DNA of 64,000 nucleotides from Amoeboaphelidium protococcarum X5. Lineage: Eukaryota; Fungi; Aphelidiomycota. Under the pieces are notes generated by a model that saw only the letters and a list, made by a program, of their open reading frames with translations, did no database searches and had not been told where the DNA came from. The translations under genes were made by a program, and so were the position numbers. The stretch is from assembly GCA_023515725.1 (NCBI GenBank), contig JALDTO010000192.1, positions 124,001 to 188,000 of the forward strand, read 5' to 3'. Positions 29,421-42,433 of the stretch are shown here, in pieces (position 1 is the first letter of the stretch; each line of letters starts with the position of its first letter).

Positions 29421-29727
29421 TATAGTGTAAGGGCGGACTACTGGCAAGAGAAAATGAATACTTTGGAGGCTTAGAGCCGAGGCGTTGTTTCAGCTCGAAA
29501 TCTCGCTTTATGGCTTGACGTTGCGATCAGTACCGTATTTGGAAACGTAACAGCTAACTGTTGACGTTTTGGCTAAAAATAGAAATGCATTAAGTTTAGT
29601 AGCTCGCTGCTTTCATTACTCTTGATGCTTTCATAATATCATCATCATTGCCATTCAAAGTGAGTAATTATATAATTTACTTTGTACATTCGCTCTGCAT
29701 TTTGTGTGGTATCATTCAAGGAGACAG

Positions 29728-30768
29728 ATGGCTTCAGTTTCAGATGAGGCGTTTCTCACTGCGGTGATTATGATGCATTTCTTCAGCCTCATTGGGAGTA
29801 TTGTAGTGATATACTACGTGGGATGTATGTAAATATATATGAAAGGTAATGTTAGTATAAGTGCAATGTCTTTGCTCGTAGTTGTATGTCTTGCATCTGC
29901 AGGTCACCTCCTAAGCATAGCAATAGCTCACATGTCGTATCAAATGTTGGGATAATCTTTGCACTTTATGTTTGACAGCAATGCTCATTTATGGCTCACT
30001 CAAGCTGCTATATCTGGTATCGCTGTAATTCTAGTTACATACTATATCGCTGATCTGCTGATGCGTAATATAGCACTTTTTGCTACTGATTAGCCGGGCA
30101 GCCCTTCATTTAAAGCCTCGCTTAGTCTCGGCACTTCTAAGGTTAATGAAGTCGTGTCATAGTTGGCACTTAAAGTCAGTAATGCATACTATGTGCATCG
30201 TTGGAGAATTGTTAGCGGTGTGATTGCATTTACTATCGTTCAATTCATTGTGCTAATCTCTATGATTCTGACTACGTCTAGGGTGTACTACTTCCTGTTG
30301 CTAACGATATATCTGCAGTCTATATCTATCTTGGTGCCTGGTGTTCTTATTCCGGCAGGATTTCTAGTACTAAATATAATGTTCAAACAACGATTAAATG
30401 CGCTTGCTACTACAGGATCTCGATCTCCGATATCTATATGGTCTATACTTTTCTTTGTTCTGGCTATAATTCAAGCCACAGTTTATGGAGCATCGAAAAG
30501 TTACGCGTTGTATTGTAGTATAGTTCAAGTTTAGTAAACGACTGCTGAACTATAGACCGAATCAAGTCCATTTTGGCGTAGTCCATACGGAATTTTGCTT
30601 ATTTCTCCCTCATTGTCCGGAGTGGTGATGTTTCTCACCGTTTGTGGAAATCATATGATGGAGATGGTCTAGCAAAATCGAAGTAACCAGGAGTAAGTTA
30701 GCATGCCATCAGCCGTGCTGGTTCCGGTTGAGATGTCTGTGGGGTCAGCAGTAATTGCAGAAGCCTGA
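29728..30768 (+). CDS. Orphan seven-transmembrane (GPCR-like) protein, 346 aa
   Basis: Uninterrupted table-6 ORF with seven hydrophobic segments, a short N-terminus and a polar C-tail. No family motif recognised. Confidence 0.65.
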
Positions 30769-31929
30769 CCATATAAAGATCTATATTGACGATAAATACT
30801 CCGCTTGATTTCAACTTAAGCTAAATCGTCGTGTCTCCTTTGTTTCCTCTTTACAGACAATCACCAATTTTGAAACACATCTTGTACCTGAACATTATGT
30901 TTGATCTAGTATAACGCGTAAGATATTCGATTAATACACCCATATATATATATAAAGTTATCTGTTGTACAATTGTAGACGGAGTCTGAAAGTTCCTCAA
31001 GTACATATTTGGAGCCACGTTGTCCTGTGTGTAAAGTTTTGTAAACTCAAGTGCAAGTCTATCCTTGTGGACACGAGTTTTGTGAACCATGCTTCAAGGA
31101 TACTTGCCCTTTGAAAAGAATATTCTTTAGCAAGCAGAAATGTGCTATATGCTCCAAAGTATGTATATCATCAAAATTACTGGAATACTAGTCATCAGGC
31201 TTTCATGTGTAGTTAATAACAATGGTGAAACGTGATTGTTGGAGTTCTGAAACGCTCGGACGCGATCAAATCGCAAACGATCCTCCACAATAAGCTTTGA
31301 TAGTGCCATAAGACATGCCTCTGATTATTTGTCACGATAAATTTACTCATGGTTTATAGTCAACTATATAAGAGATTGACATTGCACATTCATCAAATAG
31401 TTCTGATTCTGTCAACTAGCGCAGTGGTGGTCTTTTCCATCGAATATGTGATCGTATCTTTGGAAGAAAACAGTCTCAGAATAAACAAGACGCGACTTCA
31501 GACGACTCTAATGTTTAAACATCACCGGCGCTGATTATCAATCCTCAGACTGCAGTGCAAGTTCGTCCGATTAATCATTCGCGTTCGTTGTCGATTAAAT
31601 TGAGTAATCCGGTTTCCTCATAGGATAATCTACAACACGGCAATGAAATTCCGGAGAATGGTGTCATAATTGATAGCTTTAGTTATACTTTGTCAAATTG
31701 AAAAGCGTTACGTTACGTGTTTAGTGAATGAGGTTAAATGATCAATGTTTTGTATGAAAAAGCTTTAGTGCGCAGAAAGCTTAAATTAATTTGATGAATA
31801 CAACGCTCAACTAGCAGTAATGCTGGAAAATGTAATGATTCAAATTTTTTAACACAATTTTATTATTCACCTCAATCTCACTTTTCAAATCAATCCTATT
31901 AGTCACACACATTATTCAAAACAGCACAA

Positions 31930-34758
31930 TCACATCGTTAAATAAAACACTCCAAAAAGCAGAACGGTCAGAGCAACAATCACTTCCAACCCAAAGTTAA
32001 AATTGATTCTTAAAGGCTAAGATCCACTGCTGCTGCTAGTCTACTGAGACATCGCTGCGGTTTGTAAACGGTAAACAGAATCCGGATTTGCACACAAAGG
32101 AAAATTCGGACTTAAATTAATCTGCAATGGTCCAGCTGCACTCTCAGCGAATAATGGGCCCCAAACTACACCAGGTCCAGCATTAACCTTAGCAAGTGGT
32201 GCCAAAACCATACCGCGGACACCTACTCCACTAATTTATAGAGATGTGGCATTAGGAAAGTTGAAGATGGCAGGAATATCTTTCAGCGATTCCATGTTCA
32301 TATTGACAAATCCACCAGCGGACCCGAAGATGTTAAACACCAGGATGGTATTGCTAGTAGCACCTTTAATCGCAAAATCATTGACTACTCTATCAGTAAA
32401 CATGGATCCATTCTAGATATTAATCACTTCATAGCGATTAAGACCACCAATCTAGATAGTCATCAAACCATACCTGACATTAACACTCAGAGTAGTGGGA
32501 ACCCAAGATGCCATCATCTGCGACAACTGGATTAACTTCTAATTAATGGTATCGAAATTGATAAAATTAGGAACTTTCCTTAAGCTACACTCCTGCTCCA
32601 AAACATAACCGATATTGTTATTGGGCAAAGAAGGCTTGGCAGTCGAATCATCACCAACAACAATATTACCATAATAGTTACGACCAGTCAACCAATTGAC
32701 CAATTTACCGCCAATGACCAATGTTGCTGATTTACATTCATCAATGCCATACAGCTAGTCAGCGATAGAGAAGCCGCCAGCAAAAGCTGCATCTCCACCA
32801 ACAGCCAATCTTCCTTAAACATCTGAACTAGCAGAATACGAACCACTAAAGAAGGCATTAAAAGGATATGCGCCACCAACATCAATACAAGTAGGAGTAG
32901 GCAGAGGGGTATAGGTGGTGGTAGTGGATGGAATAGTAGAAGTGGAGGTAGCCAGTACAGTAACAGTACTAGTGCTGAAGATAGTCGTAGTAATGGTGGT
33001 ACCAGATTCAGTGATAGTCTACGTCATGGTATAGGTTTGTGTCTAAAACACAGTAGACGTTTGTATAATAGTGGTGGCAGCAACAGTAACAGTCACTGTA
33101 ACCTACGGCAGAGTTATAGACTTGGTCTCAGTAACAGTAACTGGGGCTTGCGTGATCGTGATGTAAGAAGTCACTGGAGGACCACCGCTACCTCCGCTAA
33201 CAGTAACAGTCTCAGTAAGTCTCTCTGTAGTTGTGATGAAGCTGTACAACGTCTACATCACTGTCTAAGTCATAAATGAGGTTACAGTGGTCAAAGCAGT
33301 CTCACCAGGGATAAAGGTAATGATAGTAGTTGGCACCAGCACAGTAGAAGTGACAGTACTAAAGATGGTGGTAGAGATAGTAGAGTACACAGGAGAAGTC
33401 TCAGTCACAGTTACCAAAGACGTCTAAGTGATAGTCAACGCAGTAGTAACCGTGGTAGCAGGCTAATTAACAGTAACAGTCACAGGGCAAGAGGTGACAT
33501 ACTAAATATTAGTTGTAGTCACTGTCTAAGTACCAGTTATAGTAACGATTCCAGTGCTCGTTATGTAGCTAGTAATAACTTGACCATCTTCAGTGACAGT
33601 TAAAGTGGTTACAGTACCAGGCAGAGTGGACGTCTCAGTTATGGTGAAGGTAGATGCAGGCAGATACGTAGTGGTAGTTTCAGTATTAGTAATAAACTGC
33701 GTGTTGGTAATTGTCAGAGTAGTAGTAACCGGAGGTTTTTCAACTGTTACAAAATAAACAGTAATAACCGGCGGCAATGTGATCAGACTTGTGATAGTTC
33801 TCCGTGGCAGTGTGATAGTAGTAGTAACAGGATACGACACGGTTCTAGTAATAAATGAAGTCACAGGCTGAGGACGGATAATTATATTCGAGGTGACAAC
33901 ATGAGAAACAGTTGTCGTCCTAGTTAACGTGACAGGTGGCAGCTAAATGATACTAGTCCTAATAATCGTACTGAATAAAGTACTTACCACAGTCTTAGTA
34001 ATCGTCGATGTGACAGTGACAGGCTGCGGTGGAGTACTTCCACAGTCATCAGAAGCACACAACTCTCCACTAGATACAGCGTGAGCAACTAAGTTCACAG
34101 TACGTTTACTGTCCCAGCCAGTAAAGGTAAACGTCACATCTTTACCATCGCACTAACCAACATCACAATCCTTTCGACAAGCAGGATTATTAGACCAGCC
34201 ATTAGTACTGCAGGAAAATGAGTGCTGATAAACTTCTTTTAAGGGGAAATAGCTAACATAGAGCTCGACTGAGCGGAACGTCTTCTTACACTTCTTATAG
34301 CCAACATAACGGACAGTAATCGTGCCAGAACAGGAGAACTTTACTTGCACAGTGCCAACAGCTCTACCTTTACTAAGGTCATTGTTATCAGCATTCATGT
34401 ACAGAATGTGAGAGTTCCAGCTTTCACTGCATTTCAAATTACTTATTTGCCAGCCAAAGAGATGGTTGGTCAATCTCAGCTAGATGAAAGAGGTATCACC
34501 ATGAGCAAAAATCGTCTACCAATCACACGAAGGGCTCGAAGGAGGACTGAAAGCAGGTGGTGCGCCGACAGGATTCCAGTTGAAGACACGCTTATCCAAC
34601 GAACCATTATTCAGCGGCTTATAAGTCGGAATAGGAGAACGGCGCTTTCTCTGCAGCAGCGGGGAGTCATTGAACCAGTCACTCTTCTCAAAGACAAAGA
34701 CTTGCAAGACAACAGCTATAGCTATTACAAAACCAGCATAAGACCAGTTGAAACCCAT
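31930..34758 (-). CDS. Surface adhesin-like protein, copy 1 (signal/propeptide, Cys-rich domain, Thr/Val stalk, choice-of-anchor-A-like domain, C-terminal anchor), 942 aa
   Basis: One frame. SDVQGRLAVGGDA..FSIADQL..LVIGG..IFNFPNATSL..GMVLAPLA..GVVWG; hydrophobic tail LEVIVALTVLLFGVFYLTM-TGA. Confidence 0.85.
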
Positions 34759-35831
34759 GATTATTATACAGATAGATATCTCACAAAGAAGTTTATACTA
34801 CTATACAAACGGACGGCGGTAGAGAGTATAAATCGATGAAACAACAACAATGGGTCGGAATTTTTGAGCCAAACAAACAAAAGACTGACTAAGCAGCGGG
34901 AGAATTTAAATGCTCGGCCGAGAGCCCATTGTCTGATGCTGAAACAAGCGCGCGAGAGGCTGCAAACAAACCAACTTTCGTTTCTCCTTTCTGCTCTACT
35001 GTGCGGAGGGCCAGTCTGCGTATCGCTTCTTGCTTTACCGAGCGCTACTTGCTCTGCATTCAGTATGCGTATTATATATTTGGGTTCCTTTTTATGTACA
35101 GTAGATACAGGTAGCTACAGGAATATAGTATTCCAAGTCTGCTACATATTCATAAAGAAATTTGAGATTCCTTAAATATGGATTTTATCTACTCATGCAA
35201 GAAAAATTTGTCGCGATTCATTAACCATGAGACGACGCAGAGTAGTATACGCTTTATCTTCGTCTGATTTCCAAATTCCAAAGGATCCGTGGAGTTTACA
35301 GTAGCTTAAATGCCGCAGGAGCATATCTTTACAACCTTTAATTTGTGTAAACAATTGAAAGTTCGAATCAATACAACTATTTAAACAGATGTGTTTGACG
35401 CGTACTATTCGTGATTATTCAAGAGATTGACATTACATACTCACACTGTAAGACTTTTTTCTAACGCCTCGGTTTGTCAAACGGAACAAGGATCGTATTT
35501 CGTTGAATAAAAGACTTCTACTGGGTAAGATCGGACATCAGATGACGTATAGATAAAGACTACCCAGCGCAGCGCCGATTATTAATGCTTAATCTACAGT
35601 CTAATATTGCCCGAAAAGTCATTTGTGTTTTAACTCTATTATATTGAATTCTCCAGTATTACCGTGATACGATGATGATATGTATGGAAACGTCAAAATC
35701 GATGGTTTTGGCTTAAAGTTGCTTAACTAAAATTTGTGTGGCCAGTTTAGAGAATGGAGAATTATGATCAAGTTATTGACCTATAGGTTATCATAAACAA
35801 ACATCATCACACATTTTATACCACAATACTC

Positions 35832-38660
35832 TCACATTGTTAAATAAAACATTCCAAAAAGAAGCACAGTCAAAGCTCCAATCACTTCCAACCCAAAGTT
35901 AAAATTGATTCTTAAAGGCTAAGATCCACTGCTGCTGCTAGTCTACTGAGACATCGCTGCAGTTTACAAGCCGTAAATAGAATCAGGATTAGGACATAAT
36001 GGGAATTCTGGAACCAGATTAATCTGCAAAGGTCCAGCAGCACTTTCAGCATAAACTGGGCCCCAAACAACGCCAGGACCAGCATTAACGTTAGCAAGTG
36101 GTGCCAAAACCATGCCACGGACACCTACTCCACTAATTTATAGAGATGTGGCATTAGGAAAGTTGAAGATGGTAGGAATATCCTTCAGCGATTCCATGTT
36201 CATATTGACGAATCCACCAGCGGACCCGAAGATGTTAAACACCAGGATAGTATTGTTAGTAGCACCTTTAATTGCAAAATCATTGACCACTCTACTAGTA
36301 AACATGGATCCATTCTAAATATTAATTACTTCATAGCGATTCAGACCACCAACCTAGATAGTCATCAAACCATACCTGACATTAACATTGAGAGTAGTAG
36401 GAACCCAAGATGCCATCTTCTGCGACAACTGGATTAATTTTTGACTAATAGCAGTAAAATCTATAAAGTTAGGAACTTTCCTTATGCTACACTCCTGCTC
36501 CAAAACATAACCGATATTATTGTTGGGTACAGAAGGCTTGGCAGTCGAATCATCACCAACAACAATATTACCATAATAGTTACGACCAGTCAACCAATTG
36601 ACCAATTTACCGCCAATGACTAATGTAGCTGATTTACATTCATCGATGCCATAGAGCTAGTCAGCGATAGAGAAGCCGCCAGCAAAAGCTGCATCACCAC
36701 CAACAGCTAGTCTTCCTTGAACATCAGAGCTAGCAGAGTACGAGCCACTAAAGAACGCATTAAAAGGATATGCTCCACCAACATCAATACAAGTAGGAGT
36801 AGGCAGAGGGGTATAGGTGGTAGTAGTGGATGGAATAGTAGAAGTGGAGGTAGCCAGTACAGTAACAGTACTAGTGCTGAAGATAGTCGTAGTAATGGTG
36901 GTACCAGATTCAGTGATAGTCTACGTCATGGTATAGGTTTGTGTCTAAAACACAGTAGACGTTTGTATAATAGTGGTGGCAGCAACAGTAACAGTCACTG
37001 TAACCTACGGCAGAGTTATAGACTTGGTCTCAGTAACAGTAACAGGAGCTTATGTAATAGTAATATAGGAAGTCACTGGCGGTCCACCACCACCTCCACT
37101 AACAGTAACAGTCTCTGTAATTCTCTCTGTAGTTGTGATATAGCTGTACAAAGTCTACATCACTGTTTAGGTCATAAATGAGGTTACAGTGGTCAAAGCA
37201 GTCTCACCAGGGATAAAGGTAATGATAGTAGTTGGCACCAGCACAGTAGACGTTGTCGTACTAAAGATTGTGGTAGAGATAGTAGAGTACACAGGAGAAG
37301 TCTCAGTCACAGTTACCAAAGACGTCTAAGTAATAGTCAACGCAGTCGTAATCGTGGTAGCAGGCTAATTAACAGTAACAGTCACAGGGCCAGATGTAAT
37401 GTACTAGATATTAGTTGTAGTCACTGTCTCAGTACCAGTTATAGTGATTATTCCAGTGCTTGTTATGTAGCTAGTAATCACTTGACCATCTTCAGTAATA
37501 GTTAAAGTGGTTACCGTCCCAGGCAGAGTGGAAGTCTCAGTTATGGTGAAGGTAGATGCAGGCAGATACGTAGTGGTAGTTTCAGTATTAGTAACAAACT
37601 GCGTGTTGGTAATTGTCAGAGTAGTAGTAACCGGAGGTTTTTCAACTGTTACAAAATAAATAGTAGTAACCGGCGGCAATGTGATCAGACTTGTGATAGT
37701 TCTCGGTGGCAGTGTGATAGTAGTAGTAACAGGATACGACACAGTTCTAGTAATAAATGAAGTCACAGGCTGAGGACGGATAATTATAGTCGAGGTGACA
37801 ACATGAGAAACACTTGTCGTCCTCGTTATAGTGACAGGTGGCAGCTAAATGATACTAGTCCTAATAATCGTACTGAATAAAGTACTTACCACAGTCTTAG
37901 TTATCGTCGATGTGACAGTGACAGTCTGCGGTGGAGTACTTCCACAATCATCGCTAGCACACAACTCTCCATTAGATACAGCGTGGGCAACAAAGTACAC
38001 AGTACGTCTACTGTCCCAGCCAGTAAAGGTAAACGTCACATCTTTACCATCGCACTGGCCACCATCACAATCCTTTCGACAAGCAGGATCATTAGATCTT
38101 GCATTGGGGCTGCAAGTAAATTAACTAGGATTCAGAGACGGGCAGCTAGAGTACCCAACATGGAAATTGATCTAGCGAAAAGTCTTCTTACACTTCTTAT
38201 AGCCAACATAACGGACAGTGATAGTGCCAGTACAAGAGAACTTGACCTACACAGTGCCAACAGCTCTACCTCTATTGCAGTCATTGTTATCAGCATTCAT
38301 GTACAGAATGTTAGAGTCCCAGCTTTCACTGCATCTCAAACTACTTCTCTGCCAGCCCCAGAGACTGTTGGTCAATCTCAGCTGGATGAAAGAGGTATCA
38401 CCATAAGCAAAAATCGTCTAGCGATCACACGAAGCGCTCGAAGGAGGCGAGTAGGAAGGTGGTGAGTAGGAAGGAGGCCAGTAGAAAGTACGCTTATCCA
38501 ACGTACCATTATTTAGTGGCTTATAAGTCGGAATTGGGGAACGGCGCTTTCTCTGCAGCAGCGGAGAGTCATTGAACCAGTCATTCTTCTCAAAGACAAA
38601 GACTTGCAAGACAACAGCTATAGCTATTACAAACCCAGCATAAGACCAATTGAAACCCAT
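35832..38660 (-). CDS. Surface adhesin-like protein, copy 2, 942 aa
   Basis: Paralog of 31930-34758 with the same length and architecture. Confidence 0.85.
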
Positions 38661-39487
38661 GACTATTATACAGATAGATATCTCACAAAGAAGTTTATAC
38701 TACTATACAAACGTATGGAGTTAGAAAGTATGAATCTTGTGAAACAACAACAACAATGGGTTGGAGACTTTGCGGAAAACAAAAAGACTGACTCAGCAGC
38801 GGGAGAATTTATATGTTGGGCCGAGCGGCCATTGCCTGAAGCTGAAACAAGCGCTCGCGAGTCTGCAAACAAACCAACTTTCGTTTCACCTCGCTGTACT
38901 GTGCAGCGGGCCAGACTGCGTATCTTCCCGTGCTTTACGCAGCACTACTTGCTCTGCTTGCATTCGGTGTTAGGGAAGATTTGAGCTCCTTTTTCATTTG
39001 ATTACAGGTGGCTACCGAAATGTAGGTTTTCAAGTCTGTTACTCATTCATAGAGTCTATAAAAGATTGACATTGCATACTCAAACTGTTATATTATTTGC
39101 TAACGCTCTAGTTTGTTACAATGCATCTGGGACGCATTTCGTTGAATTGAAGGCTCCAATCGGGTAAAATGAGACATCGGATTACGTATACATAAGCACT
39201 TCCACGTGCCGACTGTTTATTTACAAGCTAGTGTTTATATGGTTTTCGCAAATACTTCTGTGTGTTCAGAGTTTTTTGAATTGAAATATTCGGTTTCACC
39301 ATTAAAGCATGCATACAGTAGTATAATGCTATAAATGGAAGCAGTGTCAAAAAGTAATATATTTAGCTTTAAATTGCTAACCTCAGACTTTTGTGTATAT
39401 AATTAATAGACTGAAGAATTATAATCAAATCACTATTCAATAGTTCTTTATTAATCCACATAATCACACATCATACATACGATACTT

Positions 39488-42433
39488 TCACATCGTTATA
39501 TAAAACACTCCAAAGAGCAGCACAGTCAGAGCGACAATCAATTCAAGTCCAAAATTAAAATTGATTCTCATTGGCAGAGACCCACTGCTGCTATCTGTCG
39601 TCTATGACATCGCTGGGGTTTACAAGCCGTAAATAGAATCAGGATTAGGACATAATGGGAATTCTGGAACCAGATTGATCTGTAAAGGTCCGGCAGCACT
39701 TTCAGCATATACTGGGCCCCAAACGACACCAGGTCCAGCATTAATGTTAGCGAATGGTGCCAAAACCATGCCACGAACAGCTACTCCATTGATATCCAGA
39801 GAAGTAGCATTAGGAAAGTTGAAGATGGTAGGAATGTCAATCATCGCATCCATATTCATATCGATGAATCCACCAGCGGATCCAAAGATGTTAAACACTA
39901 AGATGGTATTATTGGTGGCACCTTCAATCGCAAAGTCGTTAATAATCCTATCGGTAAACATGGATCCGTTCTAAATATTGATGATTTCATAGCGATTTAG
40001 ACCACCAACTTTGATTGTCATAAGACCATACTTGACATTAACACTCAAAGCAGTAGGAACCCAAGATGCCATAGTCTGGGACAATTGAATCAACTTCTAA
40101 CTGATGGTATCGAAATTGATAAAATTAGGAATTTTCTTTATAGAACACTCCGGCTCCAAAACATAACCGATATTATTGTTGGGTACAGATGGCTTCGCAG
40201 TCGAATCATCACCAACAACAATATTACCATAATAGTTACGACCGGTCAACCAATTGACCAATTTACCGCCAATGACTAACGTAGCTGATTTACATTAATC
40301 AATGCCATACAGCTAATCAGCGATAGAGAAGCCGCCAGCAAAAGCTGCATCACCACCAACAGCCAGTCTTCCTTGAACATCAGAGCTAGCAGAGTACGAG
40401 CCACTAAAGAACGCATTGAAAGGATATGCTCCACCAACATCAATACAAGTAGGAGTAGGCAGAGGGGTATAGGTGGTAGTTGTGGATGGAATAGTAGAAG
40501 TAGAGGTTGCCAAAACAGATACAGTGCTTGTACTGAAAATAGTAGTGGTAATGGTAGTGCCAGATTCAGTGATAGTCTACGTCATAGTATAGGTTTGTGT
40601 TTAAAACACAGTAGACGTTTAAATAATAGTGGTGGCAGCAACAGTAACAGTCACTGTAACCTACGGCAGAGTAATAGACTGTGTCTCAGTAACAGTAACT
40701 GGGGCTTGAGTAATAGTAATATAGGAAGTCACAGGCGGTCCACCACCACCTCCACTAACAGTAACAGTCTCAGTAATTCTTTCGGTTATAGTGATGTAGC
40801 TGTACAGTGTCTGCATCACTGTCTAAGTCATAAATGAGGTAACAGTGGTCAAAGCAGTCTCACCAGGAATAAAGGTAATGATAGTAGTTGGCACCAGCAC
40901 AGTAGACGTTGTCGTACTAAAGACGGTCGTGGAAATAGTAGAGTACACAGGAGAAGTCTCAGTCACAGTTACCAAAGACGTCTAAGTGATAGTCAACGCA
41001 GTAGTAATTGTGGTAGCAGGCTAATTAACAGTAACAGTGACAGGATCCAAAGTGATGTATTAAACATTAGTTGTGGTTACTGTCTAAGTACCAGTTATAG
41101 TAACAATTCCTGTGCTCGTAATGTAGCTAGTAATCACTTGACCATCTTCAGTGATAGTTAAAGTGGTTACGGTCCCAGGCAGAGTGGAAGTCTCAGTTAT
41201 GGTGAAGGTAGATGCAGGCAGATAAGTAGTGGTAGTTTCAGTATTAGTAACAAACTGAGTGTTAGTAATTGTCAGAGTAGTAGTAATCGGAGGTTTGTCA
41301 ACTGTTACAGTATAAGTAGTAGTGACCGGCGGCAACGTGATCAGACTTGTGATAGTTCTTGGTGGCAGTGTTAAAGTTGAAGTAACAGGATACGACACAC
41401 TTCTTGTGATATAGGACGTCACGGGCGGAGGGCGGATAGTTAAAGTCGTGGATACAACATGAGTAACAGTCGTGGCCCTCGTTATTGTGACAGGGGGCAA
41501 TTAGATGGTACTAGTCCTAATAATCGTACTAAAAACTGTACTCACCATAGTTTTAGTCAAAGTAGACGTGACGGTAACAGTTTATGGCGGAGAGCTTCCA
41601 CAATCATCAGAAGCGCACAGCTCTGCATTGGATACAGCGTGAGCAACAAAGTACACAGTGCGTCTACTATCCCAACCAGTGAACGTCAACGTTATATCCT
41701 TACCATCACACTGACCGCTATCACAGTCCTTTCTACAGGCTGGGTCATTCGATCTGCCATTAGGACTACATGTAAATAGGCTAGGATTGACAGAGGGGCA
41801 GCTGGAATAACCAACATGGAAATTGACTGAGCGGAACGTCTTCCTACACTACTTCAAACCAACGTAACGGGCGGTAATAGTACCAGAACAAGAGAACTTG
41901 ACTTGTAAATTACCAACAACTCTACCGTTACTAAAGATGTTGTTGACAGCGTTCATATACAGAACACTAGAGACCCAGTTTTCACTGCACCTTAAACTAC
42001 TTCTCTACCAACCCCATAGACTGTTGGTCAATCTCAGCTAGATGAAAGAGGTATCACCATAAGCAAAAATCGTCTAGCGATCACATTATGTAGAAGGAGC
42101 AGGTGGCTAGGGAGCGGGAGGCTAAGGAGCAGGTGGCTAAGGAGAAGGAGGTTAAGGAGGAGGGGGAGGTGGCGGCCTAGTAGGCGGTGGAGGTGGCGGA
42201 GGAGGAGGAGGGCAGTAGGAAGGAGGTCTGTACGAAGGGGGTCTGCAGCCATAATAGTAAGTACGTTTTACCAGTGTACCATTATTCAGCGGCTTATAAG
42301 TCGGGATTGGGGAACGGCGTTTTCTTTAGAACAGTGGAGAGTCAATGAGCCAGTCACTCTTCTCAAAGACAAAGACTTGCAAGACAATAGCTATAGCTAT
42401 TACAAAGCCAGCATAAGACCAATTAAAGCCCAT
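39488..42433 (-). CDS. Surface adhesin-like protein, copy 3, with an extra Pro-rich (PQPPA) segment, 981 aa
   Basis: Paralog; insert RPPSYRPPSYCPPPPPPPPPPTRPPPPPPPQPPSPQPPAPQPPAPQPPAP after the propeptide. Confidence 0.85.

Larger units (their letters stand above)
31930..42433. repeat. Three-unit tandem gene array (period about 3.7-3.9 kb); upstream spacers of copies 1 and 2 are also homologous
   Basis: Long near-identical blocks at about 32.9k/36.8k/40.5k; spacer 34760-35570 aligns with 38662-39210. Confidence 0.95.
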
